Shown here: positions 46,375-55,276 of the stretch, piece by piece
How the letters are laid out: each line of letters starts with the position of its first letter
Numbering within the stretch: the first letter of the stretch is position 1
Source: an uncultured Desulfobacteraceae bacterium
GTDB lineage: Bacteria; Desulfobacterota; Desulfobacteria; Desulfobacterales; UBA2174
Assembly: GCA_937982505.1 (NCBI GenBank)
Contig: CALJLV010000065.1
Coordinates: 75-64,074, forward strand
Direction of reading: 5' to 3'
Length of the DNA: 64,000 nt
Notes under the pieces: model-generated
The model's input: the letters and a program-made list of their open reading frames with translations, nothing else
Databases searched by the model: none
Told to the model about the DNA's origin: nothing
Position numbers and translations under genes: made by a program

Positions 46375-48615
46375 TCAGGCCGGAAGTTCAATCACGAATT
46401 TGGCCCCCCGCGGCAAATTGCTCTCGGCCCGGATGGTGCCGCCGTGCTCTGAAAGGATGGTGTTGACGATGGTCAACCCGAGCCCCATGCCGCTCTTCTT
46501 GGTGGAAAAATTGGGCTCGAAAAGCCGTGAACGGTTCTTGAGGGGAATCCCCATGCCGTCATCGGCCACCTCGATGAGAACCAGGGCGTTTTCCGGGTCG
46601 TGGGACAGGGTCACGGTCACCGTGCCGGATCGGCGCACCGCGGTCACGGCATTGTCCACCAGGTTGATGAGCGCCTGCTTGATCTGCTGGCGGTCCAGGT
46701 GAAGGGTCGGGATCGGATTGCGGATGTGGATGCCGAAGCGCACCTGCTCGTAGCCCTCGCGGTACAGGGCGATGGTCTCCTCGACGATGGGCGCCAGCTC
46801 GCAGGGTTCGCGCACCGCGGCCGGAAACCGGGCAAAGGCGGAAAATTCGTTGACCATGTTGCGGATCAGCTCCACATGGTCGATGATCATGCGCACGCAC
46901 TCCTCGAATACCGGTTCGTTGAGGCGCGCGGCATACTTGCGCTTGAGGCGCTGGGCGGACAGGGTGATGGGCGTGAGCGGGTTCTTGACTTCGTGGGCGA
47001 TGCGGCGCGCCACCTCCCGCCAGGCCGCCATGCGCTGGGCCTTCTCCAGTTCGGTAAGGTCGTCGAACACGCAGACCACGCCCATGTGACGGTTGCTGTC
47101 GTCGGTCAACGCGCTGGCATGGGCCATGAAACTGCGCGGCTGGCCGGCCACCGTGACCGCGAGGGGAATCTCCAGGGTTTCTTCCGGCGCGCTGCGCAGG
47201 CGGTCCACGACCTCGGCGGCCATCTCCAGCAGCTCCCCTGAAAGGACCTCTGGAAAGGGGCGATCGAGAATTTGGCCGGCCCGCAGATCGAGCATTCGTT
47301 CCGCCGAAGGGTTGAAATTGGTGATACGGCCGTCGGCGGACACCGAAATCACCCCCGCGGAAACGTTGCGCAGCAGAATCTCCATGTACTGCCGGCGCGC
47401 CTCGATTTCCACGTTGCGCTCGCTCAGGGTGCGCGCCGAAGCCTCGAGCTGCTCGCGGCTGGTGCGCAGATCGCGGGTCATCTGGTTGAAGGCATCCACC
47501 AGGCTGCCGATCTCGTCGTCGGCGGGTGCGGCAATGGAGAAGCCCAGATCGCCCTCGGCCACCCGCCGGGTCCCTTCCGCCAGCTGGCGCAGTGGGATGG
47601 TGATGGTCTTGGCCAGGAAAAAGGCGAACCAGAGGGCGCAAAAGACCACCAGCAGCCCCACTACGGACAGGGTGATGTAGTAGGTGATGCGGATCGGCTC
47701 CTTGAGCAGTTTGATCTGCTGATACTCGGCGAAGCCTCGGGAAATGGAATCCAGCTTGAGCGACAGCTCGGGATCGATGACATGACCGAGGGCCACATAG
47801 GCTTCGGCCTCACCACGCCCGACCCCGAAAGGCACCGTGGCGATGGTGCGCAGCAGCTCACCGTAGGCCGCCGTGTGGGTGACCGTGCGCACCCCTCCGG
47901 GCGGGATCTCCGCCAGCAGTTCCTCGCTGGACAGCACCGGAAGCTGCCCCCCGCCGGGATTGTCGGCAACCGCCAGGTCGATCCGCCGGGCCCCCGGATC
48001 GTAGACCTCCACGCCGTGGACATTGAAGGCCCGCTGGACCACGTGGATATAATTGTTCAGGTTCTTGCGGCGGCTGACCTCCATGTATCTCTTGACCCGG
48101 ATCTGATAGGCCACCCGTTCGAGAAAAAAACGATTGGTGGCTTCGGCCCGCTGGTAGATCTGCTGTCCCACGGTCAGCGAATTGGCCAGCGCCTGCTCCA
48201 CCGGCACATTGAACCAGAATTCAATGCTGGTGGTGATGAAGTTGATGGCGAAGAAAAACAGAATCGAGGTGGGCATGAGGGTCAGGGCGATGAAGGCCAC
48301 CACCAGACGGGTGCGCAGCCTGGCCCCCATGATGCGCCGGCGGCGTTCGTAGAGCAGCTTCACCAGGTTGCGGAAAACCAGAAATATCAACAAGATGAGA
48401 AGGATCAGGTTGATATTGATGACGATGAACATCAAGATGGTGTTGGACACCGGGATCCCGGCCCCGAAGCGCAGAATTTGGGTTTCCGCGTAGGTCAGGA
48501 CCGCCATCAACACCAGAATGGCGACGATCAGGATTTTCTCGCGGCGGCGGCGGTGGCGTTCGTCCTCGGACAACACCTGCCCGCCAGGCTTGACGGAACC
48601 GGGGATCATGGCCAA
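46375..48615 (-). CDS. ntrY: NtrY-like sensor histidine kinase (4 TM-HAMP-PAS-HisKA-HATPase)
   Basis: 746 aa. N-terminal TM bundle, HAMP (LRQLAEGTRRVAEGDL), PAS, H box IAHEVKNPLTPI, G boxes. Confidence 0.75.
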   Translation of the reverse strand: MAMIPGSVKPGGQVLSEDERHRRRREKILIVAILVLMAVLTYAETQILRFGAGIPVSNTILMFIVININLILLILLIFLVFRNLVKLLYERRRRIMGARLRTRLVVAFIALTLMPTSILFFFAINFITTSIEFWFNVPVEQALANSLTVGQQIYQRAEATNRFFLERVAYQIRVKRYMEVSRRKNLNNYIHVVQRAFNVHGVEVYDPGARRIDLAVADNPGGGQLPVLSSEELLAEIPPGGVRTVTHTAAYGELLRTIATVPFGVGRGEAEAYVALGHVIDPELSLKLDSISRGFAEYQQIKLLKEPIRITYYITLSVVGLLVVFCALWFAFFLAKTITIPLRQLAEGTRRVAEGDLGFSIAAPADDEIGSLVDAFNQMTRDLRTSREQLEASARTLSERNVEIEARRQYMEILLRNVSAGVISVSADGRITNFNPSAERMLDLRAGQILDRPFPEVLSGELLEMAAEVVDRLRSAPEETLEIPLAVTVAGQPRSFMAHASALTDDSNRHMGVVCVFDDLTELEKAQRMAAWREVARRIAHEVKNPLTPITLSAQRLKRKYAARLNEPVFEECVRMIIDHVELIRNMVNEFSAFARFPAAVREPCELAPIVEETIALYREGYEQVRFGIHIRNPIPTLHLDRQQIKQALINLVDNAVTAVRRSGTVTVTLSHDPENALVLIEVADDGMGIPLKNRSRLFEPNFSTKKSGMGLGLTIVNTILSEHGGTIRAESNLPRGAKFVIELPA

Positions 48616-48659
48616 TGGCGGCGACAGGGGCCGCAGGGCCCCTGGTCAGTAAATCCTGG

Positions 48660-49229
48660 TCAGTAAATAAAGTCGACGGTGTACCAGTCGGTCTCGAAAT
48701 CCCACATGGACAAGAAAAAAAGCACGTGGTGCAGGTAGAAAGGCAGGGTCAGCCGGCTCAGCTCGGCCTTGGCCCGCAACTGATACTGCCTCCCCTTTTC
48801 GAGCTGGTGAAGGGCCGCCACCTTCAGCCCTTCCACCGAGGTCATCCACTGGATAGCCTCTTCCAGGGACCGCGTCACCCGGGGCTTTCCCGGCTCCCAG
48901 GAGCGCATGACGGTAAACTCCTCCTTGAGCGTCTCGTAGCGCAGCGTGTGGGTCACGGTAATGTCGGCGATCCGGCGGTCGAGCCAGAAGCGGCGCACCT
49001 CGTGGAGGGAGGTCAGAAAGGAGAAGCTGGCCGGCACGCCCCCACGGATGGCCTCGAGGGTCTCGGGGCGAAAGGCCCCTTCGACCCTCAGGTAGATCAG
49101 CAGGTCATCCCGGGTATTGGTGACCGTGAAATCGGTGAGGCGGGCTTCCTGGGCATAGCCGCCGGGGGGCCCCAAAAGAGGTGCCAACAGGCAGAAGCAG
49201 GCCAACAGGATGCGTCGCGAAACCGTCAT
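48660..49229 (-). CDS. Secreted protein, probably DUF4390 family (usual upstream partner of ntrY)
   Basis: 189 aa. Signal peptide (ILLACFCLLAPLLG). Size and position directly upstream of ntrYX match DUF4390 synteny as I recall it. Confidence 0.5.
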   Translation of the reverse strand: MTVSRRILLACFCLLAPLLGPPGGYAQEARLTDFTVTNTRDDLLIYLRVEGAFRPETLEAIRGGVPASFSFLTSLHEVRRFWLDRRIADITVTHTLRYETLKEEFTVMRSWEPGKPRVTRSLEEAIQWMTSVEGLKVAALHQLEKGRQYQLRAKAELSRLTLPFYLHHVLFFLSMWDFETDWYTVDFIY

Positions 49230-49297
49230 GGTCGTCCATTCCAGGCTTTGTCAAGCCCGTTGCGGCGGCCGCCAGGATGCCGGCCCCCGCCGCCGGC

Positions 49298-50233
49298 TCA
49301 GCCGGCGCACCCCGCCATGGGTTGCGGCGCGCGGGCGCGCGCGACGGATGCCACCGCATCCTTTGGGGCGAGGATGGTACGGGTTTCCCATGCGTCTTTG
49401 CGCGCAAAAAAATGCTTGATGAACGCGTGGTTGAGGGCATGGCCGGATTTTTCGACCACCACATGGCCCATGAGGGGCATGCCCAGAAGGGAAAAATCCC
49501 CGATGCAGTCCAGGATCTTGTGCCGTACGAACTCGTCGGCGAAACGCAGCCCGCCCTCATTGAGAACCCGGTCCTGGGCCACCACCACGGCATTGGCCAG
49601 ACTACCTCCCCTGGCCAGGCCGTAGCGCTGCATGACCTCCAGGTCCTGCAGCAGGCCGAAGGTGCGGGCGCCGGCGATCTCCCGGGCAAAGACCGCATCG
49701 CAGACCTCCACGGTGAGCGACTGGCGGCCGATGATCGGATGATCGTAGGCGATGGCGCAGGTGATGGTGTAGGTGTCGGCCGGATACAGGCTGACCGCCT
49801 TGCCGTTTTCCCGCAGGATGATGGGCTCCTTGACCACGAAGTAGCAGCGCGGCCCGGGTTGAGCGACGATTCCCGCCGCCATCAGCTCCCGGGTGAAGGG
49901 ACCGGCGCTGCCGTCCATCACCGGCACCTCGTAGGCATCCAGCTCCACCCGGGCATTGTCGACGCAAAGACCGGCAAAGGCCGCCATGAGATGCTCGATG
50001 GTGGAAACGATGAATCCGTTGTAGCCGATGACGGTGGCCTGACTGGTGTCCACCACGCGGTTGAAATGAGCCGTGATTCCCGGCGAGTCGGACAGATCGG
50101 TGCGGAAAAACTTGATGCCGTGGTTCACTGGCGCCGGCAGAATGGTCAGGTTGACGGTCTTGCCCGAATGCAGACCGACACCGCGACATCGAACCGGGTG
50201 GGCCAGGGTGCGTTGCTGCAGGTAAGGGAACAT
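49298..50233 (-). CDS. lpxC: UDP-3-O-acyl-N-acetylglucosamine deacetylase
   Basis: 311 aa from ATG 50233. MFPYLQQRTLAHPVRCRGVGLHSGK..., ...HKILDCIGDFSLLG..., ...GHALN... Confidence 0.9.
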   Translation of the reverse strand: MFPYLQQRTLAHPVRCRGVGLHSGKTVNLTILPAPVNHGIKFFRTDLSDSPGITAHFNRVVDTSQATVIGYNGFIVSTIEHLMAAFAGLCVDNARVELDAYEVPVMDGSAGPFTRELMAAGIVAQPGPRCYFVVKEPIILRENGKAVSLYPADTYTITCAIAYDHPIIGRQSLTVEVCDAVFAREIAGARTFGLLQDLEVMQRYGLARGGSLANAVVVAQDRVLNEGGLRFADEFVRHKILDCIGDFSLLGMPLMGHVVVEKSGHALNHAFIKHFFARKDAWETRTILAPKDAVASVARARAPQPMAGCAG

Positions 50234-50477
50234 AGGATTACCGCTTGGCGGGGCGCCGGTTGGGGCGGCCCGCGCACCCAGGCCGACCGGATGGCGCCGG
50301 CGCCCGTGACGCGACGCCGGTGCTGCTCCGACCGGCCTGGATGCAAAAGTTTTGTTTACAATCAAAGACGTTACATTGTACTAAAATATCGCCTTGTAGC
50401 GCAGGATTCCCCTGTTTGGCAAGCGATTCCGACACAGACCGTCCGGCATGGGGCGGATCGATGCGGCCCATCGCGTT

Positions 50478-50507
50478 CCCGAAGGCCCCCCGAGCAGGGC
50501 CTTCGGG
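50478..50507. repeat. Perfect 11-bp GC-rich inverted repeat / hairpin in the comM leader
   Basis: CCCGAAGGCCC-cccgagca-GGGCCTTCGGG. No flanking T-run on either strand. Confidence 0.7.
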
Positions 50508-50546
50508 CATCGGGCGGCCGCTGCGGGGGGTTCACAGGGAGGCGTT

Positions 50547-52088
50547 TTGCTGGCCAAGGTACACAGCAGTGCGGTGATGGGCATCGATGCCTATCTGGTG
50601 GAAGTCGAGGTGGACATCGCCCCGGGGCTGCCCGCCTACACCACCGTGGGGCTGCCGGAAACGGCGGTCAAGGAGAGCAAGGAGCGGGTCAAGGCGGCCA
50701 TCGTCAATTCGGGCTATGAATTTCCCGACGACCGGATCACGGTCAACCTGGCGCCGGCCAGCATCAAGAAGGAAGGCACCGGCTTCGATCTGCCCGTTGC
50801 CCTGGGAATCCTGGCCGCCACCGGCATCGCGCCCCAGGCGCGCATGGAACGCTACCTGGTGCTGGGTGAACTCTCCCTGGACGGCCGGATCAAGGCGGTC
50901 AAGGGATCCTTGCCCATGGCCCTGCGCGCCCGGGCCGCCGGCATGGCCGGCATCATCGTCCCGCGCGAAAACGGCTCCGAGGCGGCCGTGGTGGGTGATA
51001 TCGACGTGTTTCCAGTGGTCGACCTGCCCCAGGTGGTGGAATTCTTGCGCGGCATGGCGGCCGTTCCGCCACTGCGGCTCGACGTGGCGGCCCTCTTTGC
51101 CGAGCAGGCCCACGATGCGGGGGACTTTTCCGAGGTCATGGGCCAGGAGTACGTCAAGCGCGCCATGGAAGTGGCCGCGGCCGGAAGCCACAATCTGTTG
51201 ATGATCGGCCCGCCGGGTTCGGGCAAAACCATGCTCGCCAGGCGGCTGGTGACCATCCTGCCGCCCCTCAGTTTCGCCGAGGCCATCGAGACCACCAAGG
51301 TCTTCAGCGTGGTGGGGCTGCTCACCGAGGGACGCCCCCTGGTGACCCGGCGCCCGTTTCGCGCCCCGCATCACACCATCTCCGACGCCGGTCTCATCGG
51401 CGGGGGACACATTCCGCGTCCCGGGGAGGTGAGTCTGGCCCACAACGGGGTCCTCTTTCTCGACGAGCTGCCCGAGTACAAGAAGCATGTCCTGGAAGTG
51501 CTGCGCCAGCCCCTGGAGGACCTGAAGGTGACCATCGCCCGGGCCGCCTCGACGTTGACCTACCCTTCGGCGGTGATGCTGGTGGCGGCCATGAATCCTT
51601 GCCCCTGCGGCTTTCTGGGCGATGAGCGCCATGAGTGCCGCTGCAGCCACACCCAGATCCACCGCTACCGCTCCAAGATTTCCGGCCCCCTGCTGGACCG
51701 CATCGACATCCATGTGGAAGTGCCGGCCGTGGCCTACCGGGAGCTGGCCGGCCAGGGGGTCCGCGGTGCCTCCTCGGCCGAGATGGCCCGGCGGGTGGCC
51801 GAGGCGCGCCAGCGCCAGACCCAACGCTTTGCCGGCACCCCGATCCACTGCAACGCCCAGATGCGGAGCCGGCACATCCGTCGCTTTTGCCCCGTTGACG
51901 CCGGCGGCCACCAGCTGCTGGAAAACGCGGTGGACCGCCTCGGCCTCTCGGCCCGGGCCTACAACCGCGTGCTCAAAATCGGTCGCACCATCGCCGATCT
52001 GGAGGCCAGCGACGCCATCACGCCGCGCCACATCGGCGAGGCGATCCAGTACCGCAGCCTGGACCGCCGCAAGTTTGCCCTGGGCTGA
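50547..52088 (+). CDS. comM: YifB/ComM family Mg-chelatase-like AAA+ ATPase
   Basis: 513 aa from TTG 50547 (GGGAGG 5 nt upstream; the family normally starts MLAKV...). Walker [11 protein letters not shown]4-type CPCG...C.C element. Confidence 0.9.
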   Translation: MLAKVHSSAVMGIDAYLVEVEVDIAPGLPAYTTVGLPETAVKESKERVKAAIVNSGYEFPDDRITVNLAPASIKKEGTGFDLPVALGILAATGIAPQARMERYLVLGELSLDGRIKAVKGSLPMALRARAAGMAGIIVPRENGSEAAVVGDIDVFPVVDLPQVVEFLRGMAAVPPLRLDVAALFAEQAHDAGDFSEVMGQEYVKRAMEVAAAGSHNLLMIGPPGSGKTMLARRLVTILPPLSFAEAIETTKVFSVVGLLTEGRPLVTRRPFRAPHHTISDAGLIGGGHIPRPGEVSLAHNGVLFLDELPEYKKHVLEVLRQPLEDLKVTIARAASTLTYPSAVMLVAAMNPCPCGFLGDERHECRCSHTQIHRYRSKISGPLLDRIDIHVEVPAVAYRELAGQGVRGASSAEMARRVAEARQRQTQRFAGTPIHCNAQMRSRHIRRFCPVDAGGHQLLENAVDRLGLSARAYNRVLKIGRTIADLEASDAITPRHIGEAIQYRSLDRRKFALG

Positions 52089-52115
52089 CCGAAGGCGTCA
52101 GGCGCTGGTGGCGGA

Positions 52116-53480
52116 TCAAAACTTCGGCGTCCCCCACAGCTTCAGGACCCGGATCAGGGCCAGGCACCCCACCAGCAGAACCGCAAAGACCAGGCAGGTC
52201 AGCCCCACGCTCCAGTGCCACCAGACCGGGGCGTTGACCAGCACCATGCTGCCCACGATGATCGGCACCGCCAACACGTTCATCAGCCCGATTTCGATGG
52301 CCACCGGAGTCTTGAATTCCGGATCGACGATGCGCAGCAGCAGCAGGCCGCTAGAGACGGTGCCGGTGCAGGTGCCGTAGATGGTCAGGGTCCGCTCCAG
52401 GGCCAGGTCGTCGAGGCGCCGGCCCAGATAGACCACGACAACGGTGGTCGCCACCCCACTGGACAGGCACATCACGGTGATGGGCAGAAGGTACTGCCAG
52501 ACCACCACGACCTGGATGGCCATCACCGTGGCCACGATCAGATAATCCACCGACCACCCGGTGATCCGGCGCTGGATGCCCGGATCGATGAGATGATCGA
52601 TGCCCAGGCGGGCCATGAGCACCCTGAGCCCCAGGGCGATCGCCATTCCGAAAAAGAAGAAGAAGCCCCAGAGAATCTGCCCGGCGTCGGGCGGCAGAAA
52701 CCGCCCCAGCCCGACGACGAATCCGTAGGTGAGCACATAGACCAGCCCGATCAGGGCCGCCTGAAAAGCGAGGGTGTCGATGTTGCCCGAGTGCATCGTC
52801 ATCTGACCGGCCGTCTCGCGGGACTGGCCCCGGCCGACGATCCCCGTGAGCACTTCGGCGGGGAGGGTCCCGTCCCCGTGCCGGGCCAGGCCGCGACGCA
52901 GGCCCCAGTTGGCCAGCGGCACCCCCACGAAGAAGGCGAAGAAGAACCCCACGGCGGCAAAGGTCAGGCCGATGGTCGCGGCGTGGCGGAAACCGAATCC
53001 TTCCCAGACCTTGCCGATGGAAAGGGCCTGGCCGGGCCCCTCGGTGAAGCCCAGGGGCGCGAAAAAGCCGAAAGTAGCGAACAGTTCCTGGCCGAAGAAG
53101 CCGAAGCCGATCACGCAGAGTCCGCCGATCACCGCCTGCAGGGGCAGGGTCACCCCTTCGATCAGGGCCATCCACAGCGGCCCCCTGAGCCTGCCGCCGC
53201 GGGGTGGACCGTGGCTTTCTGAGGGGTCGGCCCGCGTCAGGCCGACGGAGATGAAGGAAATGTTGAAGAGATGAAACGCGAAGGATTCGATCTGCTTGAC
53301 GTCCAGACTCACCAGCCCCGTGCTGACGACGGCCAGCCCGATGACACCGCCGATGAGGCAGCTGGGAAAGAGGAACTTCTGCAGCCAGACCACCCTGGCC
53401 CGCAGCCAGACACCCACGAGCAGCACGATGGACAGGGTACCGAAAACCATAAACGCCCCGAACGGAAAAGGACTTTGCAT
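52116..53480 (-). CDS. gltS: Sodium/glutamate symporter family (GltS-like) transporter
   Basis: 454 aa, polytopic. The N-terminal layout (...WLQKFLFPSCLIGGVIGL...) parallels GltS (...FLKKYTIPEPVAGG...). Confidence 0.65.
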   Translation of the reverse strand: MQSPFPFGAFMVFGTLSIVLLVGVWLRARVVWLQKFLFPSCLIGGVIGLAVVSTGLVSLDVKQIESFAFHLFNISFISVGLTRADPSESHGPPRGGRLRGPLWMALIEGVTLPLQAVIGGLCVIGFGFFGQELFATFGFFAPLGFTEGPGQALSIGKVWEGFGFRHAATIGLTFAAVGFFFAFFVGVPLANWGLRRGLARHGDGTLPAEVLTGIVGRGQSRETAGQMTMHSGNIDTLAFQAALIGLVYVLTYGFVVGLGRFLPPDAGQILWGFFFFFGMAIALGLRVLMARLGIDHLIDPGIQRRITGWSVDYLIVATVMAIQVVVVWQYLLPITVMCLSSGVATTVVVVYLGRRLDDLALERTLTIYGTCTGTVSSGLLLLRIVDPEFKTPVAIEIGLMNVLAVPIIVGSMVLVNAPVWWHWSVGLTCLVFAVLLVGCLALIRVLKLWGTPKF

Positions 53481-53520
53481 GAAAGACCCCCCTTTTTGGG
53501 ACCTTGACCGGTTGGCCGGG

Positions 53521-53540
53521 AAAAAGGCGCCACGGGCGCC
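53521..53540 (-). terminator. Intrinsic terminator between yqeY-like gene and gltS, 40 nt upstream of the gltS start
   Basis: Minus strand: GGCGCC-cgt-GGCGCC followed by TTTTT (plus-strand aaaaaGGCGCCacgGGCGCC). Confidence 0.6.
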
Positions 53541-53580
53541 GATCCGTTGCGGGTGCCGTTTCTTCCAGGGACCGCTGGCC

Positions 53581-53619
53581 GTCCAGGGCGGATCTTGCAG
53601 ATTCCGGCCCGCCCTGGAC
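53581..53619. repeat. Perfect 11-bp inverted repeat in the gltS upstream region
   Basis: GTCCAGGGCGG-17 nt-CCGCCCTGGAC. The loop contains a further ATCT-tgc-AGAT mini-stem. Confidence 0.7.
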
Positions 53620-53658
53620 AGGACCCCGGCAAGCGTCCCCCGGCACCGTGCGCGGGCG

Positions 53659-54090
53659 CTAGCCGCCCAGCAGTTCCTTGACGATGGCGCTGGCCCGCTT
53701 CATGTCGACCTGGGGATTGCCCTTGACGGCTGCCATCACCTGCCCCACGGCCTTGGGCGACTTTTCGGCCAGCGCGTCCACGATGGGCTGCAGGAGGCGG
53801 CGCAGATCATCGTCCGCAAGCCGCCGTGGCAGGTAGGCGTCCAGGATCTCGTTTTCCGCCCCGAGTTTGGCCACGGTTTCGGCCCGGCCGGCCGCCATGG
53901 CCTCTTCGTTGTTTTTGATGAACTTGCGGATCTTGGCCAGCACCTCCTCCTCGGTGGGATCCCGGGCCGCCTCCCGGCGGGCGTCGGAGCGGGCCTCGCC
54001 GATCACGGTGGCCAGCAGGGTGGCGCGGGTCTTGTCGCCGGCCTTGAAGGCCGCCAGGCGGTCGCGGGTCAGTTTTTCCAGTACGCTCAT
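53659..54090 (-). CDS. yqeY: GatB/YqeY domain protein
   Basis: 143 aa from ATG 54090. ...AFKAGDKTRATLLATVIGE... and ...AVGQVMAAVKG...D.KRASAIVKELL are typical of YqeY. Confidence 0.8.
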   Translation of the reverse strand: MSVLEKLTRDRLAAFKAGDKTRATLLATVIGEARSDARREAARDPTEEEVLAKIRKFIKNNEEAMAAGRAETVAKLGAENEILDAYLPRRLADDDLRRLLQPIVDALAEKSPKAVGQVMAAVKGNPQVDMKRASAIVKELLGG

Positions 54091-54242
54091 GACAACCTCC
54101 CTGGACTCAGAGTCCCGGCACCGGATCCCCTGTCCCGGCGCTGGAACGGCCATGGGAGCAGGAGAAAAAACCGGTGTCCTGCCCCCCGTTGGGCTTTGCG
54201 GCGTCCGTCCGGCAAAGCGGCGGCGTCGGAAACCGACTCATT

Positions 54243-54857
54243 TCAGGCACCATGCTCCCCCGTCAGGGCCACGGCCAGCATGACCCCCAGGATGGCCACG
54301 CTTTCCATGTCCAGATAGGCGGACGCCCGGCGTTCGAAAATCAGGCGGCACGCGGCGTCGAACTCGGGGTCGGCATCGTTGAAGAGCAGGAAAACGGGAA
54401 TCCGCGGCAGGGCTGGAATCCGCACGGCCACGTCATAGGGAAGGTTCCCGTCCAGCGGCTGGCCGCCGATTCGCCCGCAGCGCGCCGCCAGTTCCGGGAC
54501 GCGCCCCGCGAACGCCCGGGCAATGGGGATTTCGGCGTTGCGTTCAAAATAGCTCACCAGGGGGGCGGCGTCGGGAAATTCCCGGTAGGCGGACCAGGCC
54601 GGGTCCGGCGAAACCTCCACGGGATCCGCGAGCAGGTAGCGGGCCGCCACCACCAGCACCTCGAAGGGCGCCTGACGGCCGTCGGCCGCCAGGAGGCGCC
54701 CCGCTTCGAAACGGTAGGTCCGGCCCAGAACGGGAAGGATGACGGACCGGTCCCGGACTTCGAGGCCCAGCCGGGGCCCCAGATCCGACACAGACAGGTT
54801 TTCCAGGCGCTGAAGGTAATAACGGGCCGTCTCTTGGAAAACGGGGGCTTTCTTCAT
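54243..54857 (-). CDS. Hypothetical protein (204 aa), possibly DUF3786 family
   Basis: ATG 54857 within ORF 54243..55292. The upstream extension is Pro/Gly/Arg-rich and not protein-like. The family name is a recollection, not a search result. Confidence 0.45.
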   Translation of the reverse strand: MKKAPVFQETARYYLQRLENLSVSDLGPRLGLEVRDRSVILPVLGRTYRFEAGRLLAADGRQAPFEVLVVAARYLLADPVEVSPDPAWSAYREFPDAAPLVSYFERNAEIPIARAFAGRVPELAARCGRIGGQPLDGNLPYDVAVRIPALPRIPVFLLFNDADPEFDAACRLIFERRASAYLDMESVAILGVMLAVALTGEHGA

Positions 54858-55221
54858 GGTGGACTCCCCTGGGGCATCCATGGAACCGGGGGTGCCGAGG
54901 GTCAAAGCGCCTCGCTGAGGCCCCGGCCTTGGGCGGGCCCCGCGAGACGCCAGCCGTTGACCAGGTGAACCGGGCACCCCGGAAGGCCGCAATGGCCCGG
55001 CACGATGGGCAGGCCCGCCCGTCCTGGCAGCGGCGCCGGCTTGACGGTCCGGGGTGATGACGGCCAAACCGAAGGAGGGATCATAGCCCAACCAGGGTCC
55101 CTTGCCAATCCCCACAGGCCAGAGGCCAGCCGCCGTTTGCACTGCCACCGGGAGCCGGTTTGTGATACGATGCCCGCAGGCAGCCTGCCGGGGCGCTGCG
55201 CGACCCGCCACGAAACCTTCA

Positions 55222-55256
55222 CGCGCCAGGGACGCAGGGCGTCCGGCGCGGCTTTT
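55222..55256 (+). terminator. Terminator-like hairpin + T4, 20 nt upstream of the lipoprotein start codon (possible attenuator or 3' end of an sRNA)
   Basis: CGCGCC-(AG bulge)-GGACGC-agg-GCGTCC-GGCGCG (12 bp, all but one G-C), then GC TTTT (55253-55256). No plus-strand gene lies upstream for more than 400 nt. Confidence 0.5.
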
Positions 55257-55276
55257 CGCCCATGAGGAGGCACCGC

